A stretch of DNA of 64,000 nucleotides from Halorutilales archaeon Cl-col2-1 (GTDB taxonomy: Archaea; Halobacteriota; Halobacteria; Halobacteriales; Afararchaeaceae): assembly GCA_041891055.1 (NCBI GenBank), contig CP169074.1:512001-576000 (forward strand), read 5' to 3'. The position numbers and the translations under genes are program-made. The notes below the pieces were generated by a model, which did no database searches, was not told the DNA's origin, and saw only the letters and a list, made by a program, of their open reading frames with translations. The stretch's first letter is position 1. Each line of letters begins with the position of its first letter. Positions 57,914 through 64,000 of this stretch are shown piece by piece.

Positions 57914-59056
57914 ATGTCTGTCTTAGTCACAGGAGCAGACGGATACGTCGGATGGCCCCTCTCGTTACGTCTTTCGAGGAGACTCGATGAGAGAGTGATC
58001 GGAGTCGACAGCCTCGACAGGAGGAGATGGGTCGAGGAGTCGGGAAGTGTCTCGGCGGTTCCGATCGACTCGCCCAAGGAGAGGTTCGACGCCGAGCCCA
58101 ACCTCAGCTTTATAGAGGGAGACCTCGCCGACAGGGAGTTCGTCAAACAGATACTCGAAGTCCACGAGCCAGACACCGTAGTCCACGCCGCCGCACAGCC
58201 GAGTGCTCCCTACTCCCAGATAAACGGCGAGCGTGCCCTCGAAACCCAGAGGAACAACAACTCGATGAACGTCAACCTCCTCTGGGGGCTCCGCGAGGCG
58301 GGTCTCGAAGACACCCATTTCATAGAGACGACTACGACGGGTCTCTACGGAGCACCCGAGTTCGAGATACCTGAGGGCGGCTTCGAGGTCGACCGTAACG
58401 GCGAGTCCGACGAAGTTCCTTTCCCCAACATGGGTGGTTCGTGGTACCACGCCACGAAGGACTTCGACGCCGCCAACATGCGTCTCGCGTCGAAACAGTG
58501 GGATCAGCCCGTGAGTGACGTACGTACTGCGATCGTCTACGGCACAGAGACAGAGGAGACACGTGAGACGGGACTCGGGACGAGGTACGACTTCGACTAC
58601 TACTTCGGGACGGTAGTCAACCGGTTCTGTGCACAGGCTGTCGCGGGATATCCTCTCACGGTCTACGGAAAGGGAGAACAGAGAAAGCCGATGGTGAGCT
58701 TAGAGGACGCGGTCGAGAGTCTCGTGAACCTCGTCGAAGAGGGACACGGAGGCGACGGATTAGAGGTCTACAACCAGGTCACGAGACCCGTAGCTATAGT
58801 AGAGCTCGCCGAGACTATCTCGGATGTCGGCGACGAGTTCGGTTTAGACGCCGACGTCGAGCATTTCGAGAACCCGCGTGAGGAGGACGAGGAGCACGAG
58901 ATGGAGATGGAAAACGACCGTTTCATGGATCTTCTCGGCGAACAGAGGCAGACACTCGAGGAGGGGGTTCGTGGCATACTCTCGACACTCGACGACCGCA
59001 GCGACGTAGTCGAGGCACACGAAGACCGGTTCCTTCCGGGGGTGCTTCAGGATTAA
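57914..59056 (+). CDS. UDP-sulfoquinovose synthase (SqdB/Agl3 family)
   Basis: GADGYVGWP, AAQPSAPYS, GSWYHATK, RYDFDYYFGTVVNRF, LTVYGKGEQ, ENPREE. Confidence 0.85.
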   Translation: MSVLVTGADGYVGWPLSLRLSRRLDERVIGVDSLDRRRWVEESGSVSAVPIDSPKERFDAEPNLSFIEGDLADREFVKQILEVHEPDTVVHAAAQPSAPYSQINGERALETQRNNNSMNVNLLWGLREAGLEDTHFIETTTTGLYGAPEFEIPEGGFEVDRNGESDEVPFPNMGGSWYHATKDFDAANMRLASKQWDQPVSDVRTAIVYGTETEETRETGLGTRYDFDYYFGTVVNRFCAQAVAGYPLTVYGKGEQRKPMVSLEDAVESLVNLVEEGHGGDGLEVYNQVTRPVAIVELAETISDVGDEFGLDADVEHFENPREEDEEHEMEMENDRFMDLLGEQRQTLEEGVRGILSTLDDRSDVVEAHEDRFLPGVLQD

Positions 59057-59993
59057 GGTACTCGTCACCGGAGGCGCGGGCTACGTAGGCAGTGCAGTCG
59101 TGCCGATGCTTCAGGAACGCGGTCACGAAGTCGTGGTTCTCGATGACTTCTCACTTTCGTCGCCACGGAACCTCGCGGGGAGCTTCGGCAGTAGTAACGG
59201 CGATACCGACGGTATCGAGTTCGTCAGAGGCGACATACGTGACACAGAAGCCGTGAGACGTGCGGTAGACGGAGTCGACAGTATCATACATCTCGCGGGA
59301 ATCACAGGAGCATCGGACACCCACGAGATACGTAAGAAGACTATCGAGGTCAACCACGAAGGTGTAGAGAAGGTACTAGACGAGTCGGAGTCGGAGGATG
59401 TCGAGCGATTCGTCCTCGCTAGCTCGTGCAACGTCTACGGCGGAAGCTACTCCGACGATCTCACAGAGGACGACGACCCCGACCCTATGAACCCCTACTC
59501 AGAAGCGAAGCTGATGGCAGAAGAGAGATGTAAGGAGTCGGAGGTCGAGACGGTGAGTCTCAGACTCGCCACCAACTACGGCTGGTCGCCGGGTGTACGT
59601 TTCAACCTCGTCGTAAACAGCTTCGTATTCCGCGCGCTCGCAGACGAGACTCTCACCGTCTACGGCGACGGCAGTAACTGGAGACCCTTCATACACGTCA
59701 AAGACGCAGCACGAGCCTTCGTCGAGGCTCTGTCGTGGGACGAGGGAGTCTACAACACGGGAGGCGAGAACTACACGATAGATGGAATCGCCGAGACTGT
59801 GTCCGAGGTGGTCGGGACTGATGTGAAGACAGAGTACCTGCGTGATGAGAACCCCGGACCGTCGTACCACGTATCGTTCGACAAGGTAAGTGATCAGGGA
59901 TTCTCACTCGAACACAGCCTACGTGAAGGAGTCCGTGATCTCAGAGACAGGTTTTTAGCCGACCGAGCCAAGACTAAGGAGAAACAGATATGA
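59052..59993 (+). CDS. NAD-dependent epimerase/dehydratase (probable ATT start)
   Basis: In-frame IKVLVTGGAGYVG lies upstream of the first GTG/ATG; YSEAK, RLATNYG. Confidence 0.75.
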   Translation: MKVLVTGGAGYVGSAVVPMLQERGHEVVVLDDFSLSSPRNLAGSFGSSNGDTDGIEFVRGDIRDTEAVRRAVDGVDSIIHLAGITGASDTHEIRKKTIEVNHEGVEKVLDESESEDVERFVLASSCNVYGGSYSDDLTEDDDPDPMNPYSEAKLMAEERCKESEVETVSLRLATNYGWSPGVRFNLVVNSFVFRALADETLTVYGDGSNWRPFIHVKDAARAFVEALSWDEGVYNTGGENYTIDGIAETVSEVVGTDVKTEYLRDENPGPSYHVSFDKVSDQGFSLEHSLREGVRDLRDRFLADRAKTKEKQI

Positions 59994-60937
59994 CAGAGAC
60001 ATATAAGATAGGAGTCACAGGAGCGGGTGGATACATAGGTTCACGTCTAACAGCGAACCTACTCGAAGAAGGACACGAGGTCGTACCGACAGACAACTTC
60101 TACAACGCGAAGGTCGACGAGGTCGAGGGAGTCGAGATACGTGACTTAGACGTACGTGACAGGGACGGTCTGCGGGAGACGTACGAAGACGTCGATGTGC
60201 TGATGCATCTCGCGGCTGTGAGTGGTGTCGACTCGTGTGATGACAATCCCGAACTCGCCTTCGACGTCAACGTCGGAGGCACCGAGAACGTCGCTTGGGT
60301 CTGCCGTGAGAACGGTATACCACTCGTCTTCCCGTGTAGCATGGCTATAATCGGTGATCCCGTCGAGTTTCCGATCACCTCTGACCATCCGAGGAAGCCA
60401 CTCAACACCTACGGTCTCACTAAGTCGATGGGTGAGGACGACATCTACTCGCTCTCGCACGGCGAGTTCCCCGCTCACGTCTACATGAAGTCGAACCTCT
60501 ACGGACACCACGAACTCGGCGGTAAGGAGATAGGAAAGAACACCGTCATAAACATATTCGTCGACAAGGCACTCGACAGGGAGCCACTCACAGTCTTCAA
60601 GCCCGGGACACAGGCGCGCGACTTCATACACGTAAAGGACACAGCACGTGCCTACGCCGACTCTCTCGACGTCATACTCGACGAGGAAGACGGTGCGACG
60701 ACGTATCCGATAGCGAGCGGAGACTGCCGCAGCATACTCGAAATCGCCGAGACAGTACAGGAGGTAGTCGAGGATGAGAGAGGCTACTCCCCAGAGGTAG
60801 AACTCGTCGACAACCCACGTGAGGACGAGACACTCGTGGACGACTTCACTGTCGACACGACGAAGGCACGCGACGGGATAGGCTTCGAGGCGGAGTACGA
60901 CATAGAGAGGGCAGTGAGGGAGATGGTATCCGAATGA
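59990..60937 (+). CDS. NAD-dependent epimerase/dehydratase
   Basis: TGAGGYIG, HLAAVSG, YGLTK, RDFIHVKD. Confidence 0.88.
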   Translation: MTETYKIGVTGAGGYIGSRLTANLLEEGHEVVPTDNFYNAKVDEVEGVEIRDLDVRDRDGLRETYEDVDVLMHLAAVSGVDSCDDNPELAFDVNVGGTENVAWVCRENGIPLVFPCSMAIIGDPVEFPITSDHPRKPLNTYGLTKSMGEDDIYSLSHGEFPAHVYMKSNLYGHHELGGKEIGKNTVINIFVDKALDREPLTVFKPGTQARDFIHVKDTARAYADSLDVILDEEDGATTYPIASGDCRSILEIAETVQEVVEDERGYSPEVELVDNPREDETLVDDFTVDTTKARDGIGFEAEYDIERAVREMVSE

Positions 60938-62127
60938 AGGCGGTAGTCCTCGCCGCGGGTGAGGGAACACGTATGCGCCCGGTCACACGGACGCGTCCGA
61001 AGCCGATGGTGCCCGTCGGAGGCAAGCCCCTTCTCGAAGAAGTCTTAGACGCGTGTTCGGAGTACGTCGACGGCTTCGTAATAGTCGTCGGATACGGCTC
61101 CGAAGACGTGAAGGAGTACTTCGGCGATGAGTACGATGGGAAGCCAGTCGAGTACGCCGTACAGGACGAGCAAGAAGGCACCGCCCACGCGATAGGCACG
61201 GCGGAGCCCTACGTCGACGAGAGGTTTATAGGACTCAACGGGGACGTTGTAGTCTTCCCCGAACTCGTCGAGAGACTCGTCGAGCACGAATCCGCGGTCA
61301 CGGTCAGAAGAGTCGAAAACCCGACGGAGTACGGCGTCGTGGGAGTCGAAGACGGTGAGGTCTCCTCTGTCGTCGAGAAGCCCGACGACCCGCCGTCGAA
61401 CCTCGCCAACCTCGGTCTATACGTCTTCAAACCCGACGTCTTCGACTACATACGTGAGACGCCCAAGAGCGAGAGAGGAGAGTACGAGATCACTGACAGT
61501 ATACGTGCGATGGTAGATGACGGCTTCAGTTTCGACGTCGTCGAACACGACGGCGTCTGGCTCGACGTCGGACGTCCGTGGGAGATACTCGAAGCCAACA
61601 CCGAGATCCTGTCACGTAACGACACTTCGGTAGACGGCGATGTCGAGGACGGCGTCGTAGTAGGCGACGGAAAGGTCGTCGTCGAGGAGGGCGCTAAGAT
61701 CAAGTCGGGGACACGTATCGAGGGCGACGTAGTCGTGAAGTCGGGTGCAGTCGTAGGACCCAACGCATACGTGAGGGGCTCGACGACAGTAGGAGAGAAC
61801 GCCAAGGTCGGAAGCTCCGTAGAGGTCAAGAACTCCGTACTCATGGAGGGCGCGACAGCAGGACATCTGTCGTACGTCGGCGACTCAGTCCTCGGAGAGG
61901 ACGTCAACTTAGGCGCGGGTAGTATGGTCGCAAATCTGAGACACGACGGCGAGAACGTCAGAATGAACGTCAAGGGTGAGTCTCTCGACACAGGCAGGCG
62001 TAAGCTAGGCGTCGTCCTAGGAGACGGGGTCAAGACTGGAATCAATACGAGTCTCAACGCCGGAGTCAAGATGGCACCGAAGGAAACATCCAAGCCTGGG
62101 GAGACAGTAATGGAGGACAGAGTATGA
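60934..62127 (+). CDS. glmU: archaeal bifunctional sugar-1-phosphate nucleotidylyltransferase/acetyltransferase
   Basis: LAAGEGTRM, hexapeptide repeats, HLSYVGDS, ANLRHD, GRRKLG. Confidence 0.88.
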   Translation: MKAVVLAAGEGTRMRPVTRTRPKPMVPVGGKPLLEEVLDACSEYVDGFVIVVGYGSEDVKEYFGDEYDGKPVEYAVQDEQEGTAHAIGTAEPYVDERFIGLNGDVVVFPELVERLVEHESAVTVRRVENPTEYGVVGVEDGEVSSVVEKPDDPPSNLANLGLYVFKPDVFDYIRETPKSERGEYEITDSIRAMVDDGFSFDVVEHDGVWLDVGRPWEILEANTEILSRNDTSVDGDVEDGVVVGDGKVVVEEGAKIKSGTRIEGDVVVKSGAVVGPNAYVRGSTTVGENAKVGSSVEVKNSVLMEGATAGHLSYVGDSVLGEDVNLGAGSMVANLRHDGENVRMNVKGESLDTGRRKLGVVLGDGVKTGINTSLNAGVKMAPKETSKPGETVMEDRV

Positions 62128-63284
62128 AAGCCGTAATCCTCGCCGCGGGGGAAGGTAGACGTCTCAAGCCTCTCACGAACCTGCGCCCAAAGCCGATGAT
62201 ACCCGTCGCCAACAAGCCCCTTCTCGAACACGTCGTCGAGGCGGTCGCCGGGGCGGGTATCGATGAGATTGTGATAGTCGTCGGATACAAACGTGAGAGG
62301 ATACAGAGCTACTTCGGAGACGGAAACGACTGGGACGTCTCAGTCGAGTACGCCGTACAGGAGAGACAGCTAGGTACGGGACACGCAGTTCTACAGGCTG
62401 AGGAGTACGTCGACGGCGACTTCGTCGTACTCAACGGAGACAGGATGATAGAGTCGGACGTCGTAGAGAGTATCGTAGACGAACACAGGGACGGAGACGG
62501 CACTGTGGTCGCAGTCACACGCGCCGACGAGCCGAGTGACTACGGAGTCGTAGAAACCGAAGGAGACGAGGTCGTTAGCATAACTGAGAAGCCACCCGAG
62601 TACGAGACACAGACAGACGTGATAAACGCAGGAGTCTACGGATTCGACGTCTCTGTCTTCGGCGAGATACGTGATACTCCGACGGGTGCCGACGGAGAGG
62701 TATCTATAACCTCGACACTCAGCCGTCTGATAGACCGGAGTCAGAGAGTCAGGGCGGTGAGATCGGAGATGTGGATAGACGTCTCGTACCTCTGGGATCT
62801 CATACAGGTCAACTCGGACGCGATAGACAGAGGGTACGAGGGGATCGGTGACAGCCGTGTCGACGGGGAGGTAGTCGGATCGGTCTGTGTCGGCGACGAC
62901 TGCCGTGTCGGACACAACGCCACAGTTATGCGGGGAACGTCTCTCGGGGACAACGTACGTGTCGGAGCGAACGCTGTCGTATCTAACTCCGTCGTGCTCG
63001 AAGACGCCTACATAGGAGAAGGTGCGGTCGTCAAGGACGCCGTCGTGGGTGCTAACGCCGTTATAGAGCCCAACAGTACCGTCGCAGGCGGTAAATCCGA
63101 CGTTGTCGTCGAGAACGAGGTACACGAGGACGTCCGTCTCGGCGGTGTCATAGGCGACAACTCACGTATAGGCGGCGGAGCGATAGTCGAAGCAGGTACG
63201 GTAATCGGAGACGGGACGACAGCCGAGGAAGGTGTTAGACTCTCGGGAGAAGTACCGTCGAACTCAGAGGTGAGGAGGGGATAG
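62124..63284 (+). CDS. second GlmU-like sugar-phosphate nucleotidyltransferase
   Basis: LAAGEGRRL, QLGTGHA, left-handed beta-helix C-terminus lacking HLSYVGDS. Confidence 0.85.
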   Translation: MKAVILAAGEGRRLKPLTNLRPKPMIPVANKPLLEHVVEAVAGAGIDEIVIVVGYKRERIQSYFGDGNDWDVSVEYAVQERQLGTGHAVLQAEEYVDGDFVVLNGDRMIESDVVESIVDEHRDGDGTVVAVTRADEPSDYGVVETEGDEVVSITEKPPEYETQTDVINAGVYGFDVSVFGEIRDTPTGADGEVSITSTLSRLIDRSQRVRAVRSEMWIDVSYLWDLIQVNSDAIDRGYEGIGDSRVDGEVVGSVCVGDDCRVGHNATVMRGTSLGDNVRVGANAVVSNSVVLEDAYIGEGAVVKDAVVGANAVIEPNSTVAGGKSDVVVENEVHEDVRLGGVIGDNSRIGGGAIVEAGTVIGDGTTAEEGVRLSGEVPSNSEVRRG

Positions 63285-63285
63285 T

Positions 63286-64000
63286 ATGTGTGGGATAGTG
63301 GGATACACGAGCGACGACGGCTCCGAGGCTCTCGAAGTCCTCGTCAACGGACTCCGGAACCTCGACTACAGGGGATACGACTCGGCGGGTGTCGCGCTCT
63401 CGTCCGACAGTCTCGATGTCTACAAGAAAAAGGGCAAGATAGACCGTCTCGAAGAGGTACTACCCGAAACCGGGGAAGCCAAGACAGGTACAGGTATTGG
63501 ACACACCCGGTGGTCGACCCACGGAGAGCCCACAGACGAGAACGCACATCCGCACACCGACTGTACGGGTGAGATAGGCGTCGTTCATAACGGCATAATC
63601 GACAACTTCGACGACCTGAAACACGAACTCGCGAGCCACGAATTCAGTAGCGATACCGACACAGAGGTCATACCACATCTCATCGGAGAAGAGATCGACG
63701 CCGGCGCGGAGTTCTTCGAGGCATTCCGGAAGACGGTCGGGAGAATAGAGGGAAGCTACGCTGTCGCAGCAGTCTCCTCGTCGAACGACGAGATCGCGGT
63801 CGCACGTCAGGACAGCCCTCTGATACTCGGTTACGGAGACGACGAGAACTACGTCGGAAGCGACGTCACGGCTTTCATAGATTACACTGACGAAGTCACC
63901 TACCTCGAAAACGGTGACGTCGCCCTCGTAACACCCGACGGCGTCGAGATATACGACTCCGAGAGAGGTGAGAGGGTCGAACGTGAGGTCGAGACAGTCG
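63286..64000 (+). CDS. glmS: glutamine-fructose-6-phosphate transaminase (3'-truncated by window)
   Basis: MCGIVGY..LDYRGYDSAG..GIGHTRWSTHG..NAHPH..VHNGII. Confidence 0.96.
   Translation, partial: MCGIVGYTSDDGSEALEVLVNGLRNLDYRGYDSAGVALSSDSLDVYKKKGKIDRLEEVLPETGEAKTGTGIGHTRWSTHGEPTDENAHPHTDCTGEIGVVHNGIIDNFDDLKHELASHEFSSDTDTEVIPHLIGEEIDAGAEFFEAFRKTVGRIEGSYAVAAVSSSNDEIAVARQDSPLILGYGDDENYVGSDVTAFIDYTDEVTYLENGDVALVTPDGVEIYDSERGERVEREVETV

Overview
Haloarchaeal (class Halobacteria) chromosomal segment, judged from acidic proteins, the archaeosine genes tgtA/arcS, aglB and a haloarchaeal sod. From left to right it holds: tgtA (3' end) and arcS; a Xi-class GST; a pilin-like surface protein; IS200/IS605 (IS1341/TnpB) remnants; three mosaic PAS/GAF histidine kinases; several toxin-antitoxin-like pairs; a small decayed island at tRNA-Phe carrying RAMA-like proteins; a QueC-like/pteridine-reductase pair; a pspA pseudogene; and sod. 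From about 30.5 kb to the end lies a large, mosaic N-glycosylation/surface-polysaccharide locus (aglB, aglG-like, GT4s, sulfatase-like genes, ABC flippase, aglM, aglF, UDP-xylose synthase, UDP-sulfoquinovose synthase, two glmU, glmS). This locus is interrupted by an IS5-family element and by a ~6 kb ParB-methyltransferase island. Three unexplained signals stand out. (1) Five spaced inverted-repeat sites (AGCTAACCAAC-N18-25-GTTGGTTAGCT) sit at accessory-module borders and resemble attC/dif cassette sites. (2) A family of tiny 3-nt-loop hairpin units (core ATC-NNN-GAT) is inserted into IS ends and a transposase and forms a six-unit array with ~24-nt period. (3) A divergent wHTH + NDT/TIR-like gene pair occurs twice, each time next to one of the inverted-repeat sites. 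All calls were made by eye; no database searches were run.
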